Part shown: piece after piece, positions 1 through 12,640 of the stretch | Layout of the letters: each line of letters begins with the position of its first letter | Numbering within the stretch: position 1 is the stretch's first letter | Assembly (NCBI GenBank): GCA_032718475.1 | Contig: JAUCBJ010008009.1 | Coordinates: 1 to 64,000, forward strand | Length of the DNA: 64,000 nt | Source of the DNA: Nemertoderma westbladi | Taxonomy: Eukaryota; Animalia; Xenacoelomorpha | Direction: 5' to 3' | Notes under the pieces: model-generated | What the model saw: the letters and a program-made list of their open reading frames with translations, nothing else | What the model was told of the DNA's origin: nothing | Databases searched by the model: none | Translations under genes and position numbers: made by a program

Positions 1-220
1 ACTAATTGGATTATACCCGGTTACGAATTTTTGTTTCCGGTTACAGATTGGAGGACCCGGATAGATAGTAGCGGATAAACAACAACTAGCTGAAATTAGT
101 AACAAGTTTTGTTTATTGTTTTGGTTAGAAAACACCGAAATATTTTGATTCACTTTCCATAGTGTCTGAGTACCATTGAGTCACACACACCCCCCCCCCC
201 CCCCCCCCCCACCTACCCAC

Positions 221-861
221 CTGCTATCGACTGCCAGGAAGTGTCTCGCTATGCGAATAACGTGTTCCCTCAACTCCGACACCAACTCTGTCTGTACGAC
301 ATTCTTAGATTTACTTCCGGTGGACGATGTCGTCTCCTCCAGACTCCCGCCGGACGGCCAAAACAAACTCAACATACTCCGCGCCCTCTTCATCGAGCGG
401 CGTCGTATCGATTGGAGCGGGACGTAGCCGGAATCGGGATTGATCAACGAGCCCTGCTCCGCCATGATGTACGCCAAGTGTTTGCGACGCAATGCGTCCA
501 ACCCGACCTCCGATAGACTACCAGCGAGACTGACAGCCTTCTCAATCAGCTCCTCGATGTCGTCTATGGTCTCGGGGAGGTCCGAGAGTTCGTTGAATAT
601 CTGCGCGGAGTTGTCCAGCTGAATGAACTGGAATTGGCGAAGACTGAGCATGGCGAGGGAGACCTGGAAGAGAACCTGGGAGCCTTCGTAGAAGAAGAGG
701 TCCCAGACGCGGAGGAGTACACGGGTGTGGACCACAGAGGCGAAGACAGTGAGGAACCAGTGGAGGGAGATGAGAGAGAGCTCGATGTCGTGGAGGTTGA
801 GAAGGGCGTCCATATCGGGGAGGAGAGAAACTATCAGCTGACGGAGGAGTCGTTGGTCAGC
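221..861 (-). CDS. SGSM3: SGSM3-like Rab-GAP (TBC domain), third visible coding exon; gene continues beyond left edge
   Basis: Acceptor ttttTAG at 862-863, donor GTGGGT at 220. Translation ADQRLLRQL...HDIELSLISLHWFLTVFASVV...RVWDLFFYEGS...RRKHLAY...QTELVSELRE matches the TBC C-terminal half of SGSM3 as I recall it. Confidence 0.92.
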
Positions 862-1126
862 CTAAAAATATTGTAGTTAATCAAAAACGGTGAAAAACAA
901 TATAAGTTAAGTTAACAGGAAGGGAGTAACTTAAATATATAATTATTAACAAAGTAATATAAGGAGAACAGAGAGGAAGAAAGGAAACAGTAAAAAAAGT
1001 AAAACGAGCTAAAAAAATGATAAAATAAAGAAAATTCTGAGTCCTGAATTTATTGTACAGTACATAGAATTAAACAATTAATTACAAAAAATAATTATTT
1101 TGGACATTCAGTTTTAAGATGGTAAA

Positions 1127-4100
1127 TGGGGTTGGCGCTACTCCTATCTGCTACCCGAAGGTAGGGGTGGGCGCTACTCCTATCTGCTACCCGAAGGTAG
1201 GGGTGGGCGCTACTCCTATCTGCTACCCGAAGGTAGGGGTGGGCGCTACTCCTATCTGCTACCCGAAGGTAGGGGTGGGCGCTACTCCTATCTGCTACCC
1301 GAAGGTAGGGGTGGGCGCTACTCCTATCTGTTACCCGAAGGTAGGGGTGGGCGCTACTCCTATCTGCTACCCGAAGGTAGGGGTGGGCGCTACTCCTATC
1401 TGCTACCCGAAGGTAGGGGTGGGCGCTACTCCTATCTGCTACCCGAAGGTAGGGGTGGGCGCTACTCCTATCTGCTACCAGAAGGTAGGGGTGGGCGCTA
1501 CTCCTATCTGCTACCCGAAGGTAGGGGTGGGCGCTACTCCTATCTGCTACCCGAAGGTAGGGGTGGGCGCTACTCCTATCTGCTACCCGAAGGTAGGGGT
1601 GGGCGCTACTCCTATCTGCTACCCGAAGGTAGGGGTGGGCGCTACTCCTATCTGCTACCAGAAGGTAGGGGTGGGCGCTACTCCTATCTGCTACCCGAAG
1701 GTAGGGGTGGGCGCTACTCCTATCTGCTACCCGAAGGTAGGGGTGGGCGCTACTCCTATCTGCTACCCGAAGGTAGGGGTGGGCGCTACTCCTATCTGCT
1801 ACCCTAAGGTAGGGGTGGGCGCTACTCCTATCTGCTACCCGAAGGTAGGGGTGGGCGCTACTCCTATCTGCTACCCGAAGGTAGGGGTGGGCGCTACTCC
1901 TATCTGCTACCCGAAGGTATGGGTGGGCGCTACTCCTATCTGCTACCCGAAGGTAGGGGTGGGCGCTACTCCTATCTGCTACCCTAAGGTAGGGGTGGGC
2001 GCTACTCCTATCTGCTACCCGAGGGTAAGGGTGGACGCTACTCCTATCTGCTACCCCAAGGTAGGGGTGGGCGCTACTCCTATCTGCTACCCGAGGGTAA
2101 GGGTGGACGCTACTCCTATCTGCTACCCCAAGGTAGGGGTGGGCGCTACTCCTATCTGCTACCCGAAGGTAGGGGTGGGCGCTACTCCTATCTGCTACCC
2201 GAAGGTAGGGGTGGGCGCTACTCCTATCTGCTACCCGAAGGTAGGGGTGGGCGCTACTCCTATCTGCTACCCGAAGGTAGGGGTGGGCGCTACTCCTATC
2301 TGCTACCCGAAGGTAGGGGTGGGCGCTACTCCTATCTGCTACCCGAAGGTAGGGGTGGGCGCTACTCCTATCTGCTACCCGAAGGTAGGGGTGGGCGCTA
2401 CTCCTATCTGCTACCCGAAGGTAGGGGTGGGCGCTACTCCTATCTGCTACCCGAAGGTAGGGGTGGGCGCTACTCCTATCTGCTACCCCAAGGTAGGGGT
2501 GGGCGCTACTCCTATCTGCTACCCGAAGGTAGGGGTGGGCGCTACTCCTATCTGCTACCCGAAGGTAGGGGTGGGCGCTACTCCTATCTGCTACCCGAAG
2601 GTAGGGGTGGGCGCTACTCCTATCTGCTACCCGAAGGTAGGGGTGGGCGCTACTCCTATCTGCTACCCGAAGGTAGGGGTGGGCGCTACTCCTATCTGCT
2701 ACCCGAAGGTAGGGGTGGGCGCTACTCCTATCTGCTACCCGAAGGTAGGGGTGGGCGCTACTCCTATCTGCTACCCCAAGGTAGGGGTGGGCGCTACTCC
2801 TATCTGCTACCCGAAGGTAGGGGTGGGCGCTACTCCTATCTGCTACCCGAAGGTAGGGGTGGGCGCTACTCCTATCTTGCTACCCGAAGGTAGGGGTGGG
2901 CGCTACTCCTATCTGCTACCCGAAGGTAGGGGTGGGCGCTACTCCTATCTGCTACCCGAAGGTAGGGGTGGGCGCTACTCCTATCTGCTACCCGAAGGTA
3001 GGGGTGGGCGCTACTCCTACCTGCTACCAGAAGGTAGAGGTGGGCGCTACTCCTATCTGGTACCCTAAGGTAGGGGTGGGCGCTACTCCTATCTGCTACC
3101 CGAAGGTAGGGGTGGGCGCTACTCCTATCTGCTACCCGAAGGTAGGGGTGGGCGCTACTCCTATCTGCTACCCGAAGGTAGGGGTGGGCGCTACTCCTAT
3201 CTGCTACCCCAAGGTAGGGGTGGGCGCTACTCCTATCTGCTACCCCAAGGTAGGGGTGGGCGCTACTCCTATCTGCTACCCGAGGGTAAGGGTGGACGCT
3301 ACTCCTATCTGCTACCCCAAGGTAGGGGTGGGCGCTACTCCTATCTGCTACCCGAAGGTAGGGGTGGGCGCTACTCCTATCTGCTACCCGAAGGTAGGGG
3401 TGGGCGCTACTCCTATCTGCTACCCGAAGGTAGGGGTGGGCGCTACTCCTATCTGCTACCCGAAGGTAGGGGTGGGCGCTACTCCTATCTGTCTACCCGA
3501 AGGTAGGGGTGGGCGCTACTCCTATCTGCTACCCCAAGGTAGGGGTGGGCGCTACTCCTATCTGCTACCCGAAGGTAGGGGTGGGCGCTACTCCTATCTG
3601 CTACCCGAAGGTAGGGGTGGGCGCTACTCCTATCTGCTACCCGAAGGTAGGGGTGGGCGCTACTCCTATCTGCTACCCGAAGGTAGGGGTGGGCGCTACT
3701 CCTATCTGCTACCCGAAGGTAGGGGTGGGCGCTACTCCTATCTGCTACCCGAAGGTAGGGGTGGGCGCTACTCCTATCTGCTACCCCAAGGTAGGGGTGG
3801 GCGCTACTCCTATCTGCTACCCGAAGGTAGGGGTGGGCGCTACTCCTATCTGCTACCCGAAGGTAGGGGTGGGCGCTACTCCTATCTGCTACCCGAAGGT
3901 AGGGGTGGGCGCTACTCCTATCTGCTACCCGAAGGTAGGGGTGGGCGCTACTCCTATCTGCTACCCGAAGGTAGGGGTGGGCGCTACTCCTATCTGCTAC
4001 CCGAAGGTAGGGGTGGGCGCTACTCCTATCTGCTACCCGAAGGTAGGGGTGGGCGCTACTCCTATCTGCTACCCGAAGGTAGGGGTGGGCGCTACTCCTA

Positions 4101-5525
4101 TCTGCTACCCGAAGGTAGGGGTGGGCGCTACTCCTATCTGCTACCCGAAGGTAGGGGTGGGCGCTACTCCTATCTGCTACCAGAAGGTAGGGGTGGGCGC
4201 TACTCCTATTTGCTACCAGAAGGTAGGGGTGGGCGCTACTCCTATCTGCTACCCGAAGGTAGGGGTGGGCGCTACTCCTATCTGCTACCCGAAGGTAGGG
4301 GTGGGCGCTACTCCTATCTGCTACCCGAAGGTAGGGGTGGGCGCTACTCCTATCTGCTACCCGAAGGTAGGGGTGGGCGCTACTCCTATCTGCTACCAGA
4401 AGGTAGGGGTGGGCGCTACTCCTATCTGCTACCCGAAGGTAGGGGTGGGCGCTACTCCTATCTGCTACCCGAAGGTAGGGGTGGGCGCTACTCCTATCTG
4501 CTACCCGAAGGTAGGGGTGGGCGCTACTCCTATTTGCTACCAGAAGGTAGGGCTGGGCGCTACTCCTATTTGCCACCAGAAGGTAGGGGTGGGCGCTACT
4601 CCTATCTGCTACCCGAAGGTAGGGGTGGGCGCTACTCCTATCTGCTACCCGAAGGTAGGGGTGGGCGCTACTCCTATCTGCTACCCGAAGGTAGGGCTGG
4701 GCGCTACTCCTATCTGTTACCCTAAGGTAGGGGTGGGCGCTACTCCTATTTGCTACCAGAAGGTAGGGGTGGGCGCTACTCCTATCTGTTACCCTAAGGT
4801 AGGGGTGGGCGCTACTCCTATCTGTTACCCGAAGGTAGGGGTGGGCGCTACTCCTATCTGCTACCCGAAGGTAGGGGTGGGCGCTACTCCTATCTGCTAC
4901 CCGAAGGTAGGGGTGGGCGCTACTCCTATCTGCTACCCAAAGGTAGGGGTGGGCGCTACTCCTATCTGCTACCCGAAGGTAGGGGTGGGCGCTACTCCTA
5001 TCTGCTACCCGAAGGTAGGGGCTGGGCGCTACTCCTATCTGCTACCCAAAGGTAGGGGCTGGGCGCTACTCCTATCTGCTACCCGAAGGTAGGGGTGGGC
5101 GCTACTCCTATCTGCTACCCCAAGGTAGGGGTGGGCGCTACTCCTATCTGCTACCCCAAGGTAGGGGTGGGCGCTACTCCTATCTGCTACCCGAAGGTAG
5201 GGGTGGGCGCTACTCCTATCTGCTACCCGAAGGTAGGGGTGGGCGCTACTCCTATCTGCTACCCCAAGGTAGGGGTGGGCGCTACTCCTATCTGCTACCC
5301 GAAGGTAGGGGTGGGCGCTACTCCTATCTGCTACCCGAAGGTAGGGGTGGGCGCTACTCCTATCTGCTACCCGAAGGTAGGGGTGGGCGCTACTCCTATC
5401 TGCTACCCGAAGGTAGGGGTGGGCGCTACTCCTATCTGCTACCCGAAGGTAGGGGTGGGCGCTACTCCTAGTCTGCTACCCGAAGGTAGGGGTGTGCGCT
5501 ACTCCTATCTGCTACCCGAAGGTAG
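1127..5525. repeat. 36-bp intronic minisatellite, ~120 copies, unit GGTAGGGGTGGGCGCTACTCCTATCTGCTACCCGAA
   Basis: Directly visible tandem array with very few variants, lying wholly within the SGSM3 intron 862-5567. Confidence 0.99.
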
Positions 5526-5567
5526 TTAATATTGGCAATAAATATTATATAGACCCCAGTTGCTTAC

Positions 5568-5873
5568 CTGGATACCTAGCAACGTGTTGCTATAGTAACT
5601 CGCCGGCAGTAGGTTCTCTATGATGGTGGCCATCATCCAGAAGACGGCCTCCTCCTCCATAAAGAGCAGCAGGTTGGCGGCCACCATGCCGGTCCCCTGG
5701 CAGTATCCGATGTCGGTATACAGCCAGGCGACGGCACGAAGAATCCGACGCAGTTTGCCGACTCCGACGGACTCGGACGTGCTGAAACATCCGTTGTTGG
5801 GCATCGTTCGCAGCAGGTCCTTCTCGATCTGGCGCGCGCAGGGCGCCGTCTCCAATGAAACCGTCGCGCGGAC
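5568..5873 (-). CDS. SGSM3: SGSM3-like, second visible coding exon (TBC catalytic motifs)
   Basis: Acceptor catTAG at 5874-5875, donor GTAAGC at 5567, 306 nt, phase 0/0. Contains QIEKDLLRT (Arg finger) and YCQGTG (Gln finger). Confidence 0.95.
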
Positions 5874-6257
5874 CTAATGTTACGATAATTAATTAATTAG
5901 TAATGCAGAAGACTTGTTACTTTGGGGTTAAAGAATTAACCGTCGTATAGTAACATAGGCTATAATTATTACTATTTAGCTCCAATTGTCTGAGGGTGTG
6001 GTCGAAAAATGGCCAGAATTGTATCCATTTATTTTTTTCAGAATCAAAAAATCGTTGCTATAGTCTATAGACATTCAAGAGGTTAAAAGTTAATTTTCCT
6101 GATAAGGGGGAGGGGAGGGAGGTGGGGCTATTGAATCGACTCAAACAAATTTATCTTTCTCAACAGGGAAAAATATATATTGACTTTAGATTAATTGATT
6201 ATTGTTTTGGTTAGATATTTTAAGCATTTATAAAAGCCCAGAACAAATGAATCTCAC

Positions 6258-6722
6258 CATCTCTTCGTAGGTAAACTCGGAAGTTTTCCGCTTCTCCGAA
6301 GCTCCTGACAATCGGTACCACAGCGCCGCGCGCATGCTGTGCGGAATCCCCGCGCGAACCAACCCACGAAGCTTCTCCGACCGAGGAATAGCGTCCGTGG
6401 ATTTATCCCAACCCAGGTCGCTTTTACACTCGATACTCGTGGAAAACTCGAGATGCGCCTGCCATTTCAGTTTGGTTTGCGAGTCGTCGTCGAGCGGAGC
6501 CCCTCGGAGTTTATTGGAGTTGGGTTCGGCGCCGTCCTCTTCGTCGACACGGAAACCGAATTCGTCGTACCGGAATTCCGGCTGACCAGAGGAATCCTCG
6601 ACGGTGGCGAGTTGGCTGAGAATATCCTGCGGCCACATCGACGCGATGATAGCAGAGAACGGGCCTCCAGGGGGCGGGTTCACGCTGCATTTATCCGTTT
6701 TGTGTATCTGGGGCGGCGCCAT
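6258..6722 (-). CDS. SGSM3: SGSM3-like, first visible coding exon (start codon tentative)
   Basis: GPFSA...MWPQDIL...YDEFGFRV...WQAHLEF...PRSEKLR...GIPHSMR; donor GTGAGA at 6257. The frame stays open upstream to 6863, so an upstream exon or start is possible. Confidence 0.88.
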
Positions 6723-7909
6723 AGCTTTGGCTACACTGCCCGCGCTTACACGCACCCGACCGCGTGGACTTAGTAGCGGCGACTGCTCGTAGAAAGTTAC
6801 GGTTGAAATAATTCTCTGCAGCTTGATGGATTGATCTTCTACGACCAGGAGTGTGGAACGCACTTGGCACTCCCTAGCGATCTATATCATATATCAGTCT
6901 ATTACAAGTTAGCCTAAATTATTAATTATTAAACTACTGTAAAAATATTGTCAAAATTTGAAAAATAAGCCTACGCTACGCGCGTACAGGTGTAACCATA
7001 CCAGATTACTACTACCGGTACCTTTTGCCTAGCCCTACTGCCCTAGACTAATTAAACATTATTTTAAGTTTATAACTACCCGCTGTACCGAGCTCAGTCC
7101 TAAGGGGTAAGGCCCCACCACAACATAATTAATGGCCCCTGTTTGCATGGTTTGCAAGTATGTATTCACAGAATCAAGGGTTCTATTCCAGTATTCTATT
7201 GATCATTTCTGTATTTACTGCTGTACTGCACCGGTAACTTAATTATTGATAGATCATTATTATATAATGTAAAGTAGGTACTGGCACTGAGCACTGCGGC
7301 CCACAACCAACAACCAGTTCAGAACTTGGCTTATACTGTTATAAGACATCAAAAATCCAAGGAGTGGAAATTAGCAGTGTTAATTAAATAAGGCCATATA
7401 ACAGGTAAACTGTAGCAAGAAATTGGTTATATTTTCAGATTGAATAATTTGATTGCATTTCGAACTTCGAAGTGATGATCTTTCATCATGTGTATATTGC
7501 TGATACCGATTTTGTAATGACTTTCGATACATGCATAGTAAAATATTAGTAATAGATTGGGGCTCGGTGACAGTTAGACCTCAATGAGACCCATTCAGCC
7601 ATTGGGTATCATCTATGCATGGGTGTCATTGGTGCCGGACTAATTATGGTAATGAATGGGAGATTATTTTAGGCTCATTCGGCTAATTAAACACTAATTT
7701 GTAATTGGCAGGTGTCATCAATTAATTAGTACGAGTAAACCCTAATAGGTGTCTTATGACTCCCCAATAGGGTTTAATTGATTTTCCTAATTAATTCGAC
7801 AGAATTATAACCTTAAATTTGGTATGCCTATAAAAGAATATAGGATTGCAATTTTTCAGGCGAAAAAGTAAATAAAAATATTTTTGGTGGAATTTCTTAA
7901 GTTTTATTA

Positions 7910-9158
7910 CATGTGTTGAAAGATTATCGACGTAGAAAAGGTTTGAAGAATTATCAAAAAAGAAAGACAGGCATCTGGCTGTTATCTTTGTTGACTTCTT
8001 CAAGGCCTTTGATTCAGTCTCTCGCTCACGTATGTTCAGCATACTTTCATTATATGGGATTCCTGATGAAATTATTGCAGCAATCAGATCAGTATACGAT
8101 GGTTCGACAACATTTGTGTCTACTGTTGACGGTGACACAGAACCATTTGAAGTGTTATGGGGCGTCCTCCAAGGAGACACACTTGCACCATTCTTGTTCA
8201 TTATTGTGGTTGACTATGTTCTACGCATGTCCTTAGATCATCATAATGATGATGGGGTGATGATAACTCCACCTACTGGCTCCAGAAGTCGAGGAAATCC
8301 TGCCAAGTACCTAACTGATCTAGACTTTGCTGATGACTTAGGAGTATACTCTCAGAATCATTAGAGGGAGCCCAACGGCTCCTCAGCTCAATAGAACATG
8401 CTGCTTCTAGTGTTGGTCTTTTTATTAACTCCAGAAAGACCAAAATTTTGACAGTTAACTTTGAAAGTCCTCAGCAAGTCTCTGATCGGATGAGCATAAG
8501 CTCAAAGGATGGTATGCTTGAGCATGTGGACGACTTCTGTTACCTGGGATCATGGATCCGGAAGTCAGGACCTTCGAATACGTAAGGGAACGGCATGGGC
8601 AGCCTTGAATAGGCTTTCCAGGATTTGGAAATCACCGAGAATTAATCGGAAACTTAAGGTCCGATTATTTAGAGCAGCAGTAGTTCCAGTACTCCTCTAC
8701 GGGAGTCCATGCTGGGCTCTAACTGCTGAGGACACCAAATCTCTGGATGGCACATTCACAAGAATGCTACGCCGGGTTCATTGTGTCAAGTACAATGCAC
8801 ACATCTCCAACCAGACACTATATAACATTGGAGGTATCTCATTGGGGGTTCCCCCAAGCTTGACACTAGAACAAAATCGCCTCCGCTTTGCAGGACATTG
8901 CTTTCGCCGTGAGGACCAGCCAGTGCATAATCTTGTACTTTGGCAGCCTCATGGAGTGAATAAGCATGGTGGACAGCCCATGACTTTCTTGAGACGCATC
9001 TTAAAGGACACTGGTCTTGAAGATGCGGATGATCTAGCAAATGTCATGGGTGACATTTGCTGGGTTGGTCATGGGTTGTGGCGGTGCAATTTTGTTGACA
9101 AGCCGGCACAGCATTCTTAAAAATGCAGCTGCAATGCAGCATGCCGATCCTAGTAGTA
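7910..9158 (+). mobile_element. 5'-truncated, frameshifted RTE-like LINE (RT and C-terminus), copy 1
   Basis: FVDFFKAFDS, GVLQGDTLAPFLF, LDFADD, RLRFAGHCFR; ends in (TAG)n; nearly identical to 41520-42501. Confidence 0.9.
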
Positions 9159-9334
9159 CAGTTGTAGCACGTAATTTGAGCATAATCCATGCGCTCACTC
9201 TGATACTGAAAAGTTATTGCAACTTTAGTGTCTGTAAGGCAAGGCGTACTCCAAAAGGGAACTCAACAGCTCAATATCCAATATTCTGATATGTTGTTAA
9301 GCAGCTCTTTAGTCTGTTAGTAACAGTACAGTAC

Positions 9335-9710
9335 GTAATAATTATTCGAGAACACTGAATAAATCATTTATTGATTTAACATTGAGTAAGGAACCATCAG
9401 GAGTTGAAAAGTACAGTACTTTGAATCGCTCGCAGTAACTATGGAAGAAATATAGTAAAATACTATTTTCAATTTATTTTGTAACACTACAGTATATCCG
9501 ATATCGCTCTACTTTTTATTAAAGAATTGATCAACAAAAAGTACCAATAATTTAAGAATAAAATTACGTATTACATGAAAAAAAAAGTTGAAATTTTTTT
9601 CGGTGACGCTCGGTGAATAAAATCTGAAAATGCCCCGTGAATACAGTAGTGAAAAAAAGTTATACTTTTTTCCCATGTAATATAAAATTATTACATTCAG
9701 TAATATTGAC
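9335..9710. repeat. Dispersed AT-rich repeat, second copy at ~39040-39360
   Basis: Shared blocks AACATTGAGTAAGG..CATCAGGAGTTGAA, TTTTATTAAAGAATTGA, ATTACGTATTACATG, TACTTTTTTCCCATGTAATA. Confidence 0.75.
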
Positions 9711-11434
9711 AATTTGCATAGTGGACTGTCACTCTGTAAGGCCTTTGTAATATAATAATAAAGGATTACGAAACAGTGTTAATCACTTGCTCAACAATGT
9801 TAGATCAGTATATGGTGCGGTGGGACCCACAAAAACCATGCCGTACCATACCGTAGCCGATTTTCCCTCATTCTTTTACCGGTAGTAAAAACTGATTTAT
9901 TTTACAAATTTCTTACATTTAAAATTGAATATTATGACTTTGGCACTTTAGTGTCAAAAATCTTTTTTTACAATTTCGGATCGGTTCCGGTTCGGCAAAA
10001 TTTTAAATTCGGTCGATTCATAGACAAAATGACGCTGTGGCACCCAGAATGAATGTCAGTGAGGTCTAATTGTCACCGACCTGCCCAAAGAAGGTATCAT
10101 TAAATGAAACCTTTTCCCTAAAGCTACAAATTACTATTAGCTACTTATTTTTTATTTATTTAATTGTATTTATTTTTATTCATTTAATTGTACTATTTTT
10201 TAATTTTATAGTTATTATTTTTTCAATTTAATTTTATGGGTTTATTTAAAATAGCAATATTCACTATGATGTCATTTTGAGAAGCAATATATACCATATC
10301 CCCCACCCCACCCAGCTTAGAACTAGACCTCTTGTCTCCACTCGGAATATCTTAGTGTAACTAATCAGCCCTTAGGCGACAGTTGTTGTCTGTTATTTAA
10401 ACCGTTGGGCAAGTTACCTCTCGCACACCATGATGTGGATGTCAGCAATGACAATGGAAACAATGCTATCTTTCTTTTATCTAAGCTCTCATTGGCTACT
10501 ACTCAAATCAAACTAATCCTCCTATAATAGCTTCCTGTTCACCACTTTCCCCATTCATTCTATATTTATATTTCTATTTTAAAAAGATAAAAAAGAAAAA
10601 GTTTAAAAAGTTTAAAAAGAAAAGTTTAAAAAGAAAACGAATTCCCTATTTCTTATTCAAATTCATAATGGCACAAATTGAAAATTTTTTAAACAATGAG
10701 ATAGTTTGCAGCGAGTATCAGATTACATTAGAATGGACAACTCATTCACCAATTTTTTTAGAAAAGACAACTTTACAGTTTTCACTAACGATAAATACAA
10801 CTTTAAACCAAAAAATAAACCAAATTTATATTACGCCGGTGAATTCTATTGCACAAACTCCGGATGCTAGTAAACCACACTCTACTGACCAGACCATGAC
10901 TACAATTTGGAAGTTAATGGAATTCGTCGATAACATTCTGGATGAATAACCTCCTGGATAAATCTCCCCTTCATCAGATAGGCCAGCACCCACGCCAAGT
11001 TTTTATCCATCTAATCGCATTATATTGAATAGATCAGAGGAACTTATTGCAGGAACAACTGTTCAAAGATGTAAAGTTTTTATTGACTCACATCAACTAT
11101 CCCACCCTCATAAAAAGATTAAGAGCATCTACTAAAACGATGGCTACAGATATTTATGAACTTTATAGATGCAAAGGGACCTTCACAGAAGCATTGGCGC
11201 TAGCTTAGAGAAGATGATAATATTGAGGAGAAGAAGGACTTAACATTTGTCATTGGAGAGTTTATAATAAGACTTAAAGACTCCAGACTCGAGTCTGTAA
11301 GAATGAAACACGTCCAAGTACTGTAGGGTTGAGCTCAGTGGCGGCAGATGATGGTTTTGAGACATGGAGGCCATGAGGAGGCAAATTGCGGACATACAAG
11401 ATTTCAGGTAGTATTTCCAGGTCTACCTTTACCT

Positions 11435-11700
11435 GAGCCGCAGCTGAATGGTTAGAGCGTCAGACTTCCAACTCGGAGGTCACCAGTTCGATCCCAACAT
11501 CATTGCCGACTTTGCAAAGCTGTGCCCAACAAAAGTTATAATAAGAAAGAAAAACTGCATGCTGGATTAAAACAATAAGTTGATAGCTTTAAAGAAGAAC
11601 TTCAACATGAGAGGCGCCCTTGGAGCGAAGGCAAGGTCAACGAAAGCATCTCTCATGCACCCAAGCTAAAAAAGGCTTGTTCCCCTAGCAATACCAGTAC
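11435..11700 (+). mobile_element. tRNA-derived SINE-like sequence
   Basis: A-box-like AGCTGAATGGTTAGAGC and B-box-like AGTTCGATCCC at tRNA spacing; no intact acceptor stem; 3' boundary uncertain. Confidence 0.55.
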
Positions 11701-12404
11701 TAAACCTCACTCACTCTTTGTACCAGTTATTGATGACCACTTTAATGAATGATCGATATGATTATATTGTGGTCGAACCAGCCTTACTAGTGGCGATGAT
11801 TATCACACTGCATCAAACTCAAACAACAGGAACATAACATTTTCAAAACTATATTCCTGATAAAATTACCGTGCTGATAAAACCACCGTGTATCAACAAT
11901 CAACAAGCTGGTACACAGTAAAATTCAGAATTCCTGGCACCACGCCATTCCATACCGAGTCTATCCTGAGCGAAATATTAAACATAACACCATAACATCC
12001 CCAACGTAACAGGTATGGGTTATTAAATTGGAAAATTGGCGGCAACAACATCAACGAATCTTCATTTTCATCTTCCAGTATTCCAGACCTTTCCAAGAAT
12101 TCTGACTCGTGAAATTTTCAACCTCCACTGACATACACACAGACAGACTTTTAGAAAACGGCCATAGTATAGTTATAACACTTCGCTGATGGCTCACAGC
12201 TCTGACTCGCCCCACAAATAGGGTTAATTTAATTAATGATAATAATTAATTATTAAATTATTATTAAATTATTGTTAATTATTAAATAATTAATTAGTTA
12301 ATAATAATGATTAATTTTTGGTTCATGAGAGTATTGTAAAATGTTTGTCTATAGACGCCTACTTTAGAAATTTACGTTGTGGGGATCCACGGAGTTGGCG
12401 GGGC

Positions 12405-12640
12405 CTTATGTTGGTTTTGGCGGCGAGGGAGACAGGATCACACACCATGACTCACTCCGGGATGATATCTTTCAAGCAACCTAATCTGCTGCTCTAACAA
12501 CCTGGAATGAAGTCCCCACCTTGATATCTGGCTCACGCAGTTGCCCTGCTGACGTGTACCTTCCAAATTGGAAGAGGGGTCAACCCATGGCCCTGGACGT
12601 CACTGTCATATCCCCTCTCAAATTACGAACCATCTCACAA
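12405..12640 (+). mobile_element. Fragment of CRE-like non-LTR retrotransposon (REL endonuclease)
   Basis: RITHHDSLRD...EVPTLISGSRSCPADVYLPNWKRGQPMALDVTVISPL resembles the RHD / RPAD / DVT restriction-like endonuclease motifs. Confidence 0.7.

Larger units (their letters stand above)
7559..10086. mobile_element. Degenerate non-autonomous TIR element with nested insertions
   Basis: TCGGTGACAGTTAGACCTCA at ~7564 is inverted relative to TGAGGTCTAATTGTCACCGA at ~10060-10079; no clear TSD. Confidence 0.5.

Noticed and set aside
1127-5525. CRISPR array (36-bp hairpin repeat)
   Set aside because: No unique spacers, no cas genes, eukaryotic context.
1119-5529. Long ORFs (VGVGATPICYPK)n, (LLPEGRGGRYSY)n and (VADRSSAHPYLR)n
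   Set aside because: By-products of a 36-bp unit lacking stops in those frames; essentially no synonymous divergence, 1-bp frameshifts, and the array lies in an intron.
11435-11505. Functional tRNA-Gly(TCC)
   Set aside because: Acceptor and T stems do not pair; better explained as a SINE head. The same applies to the B-box at ~23869.
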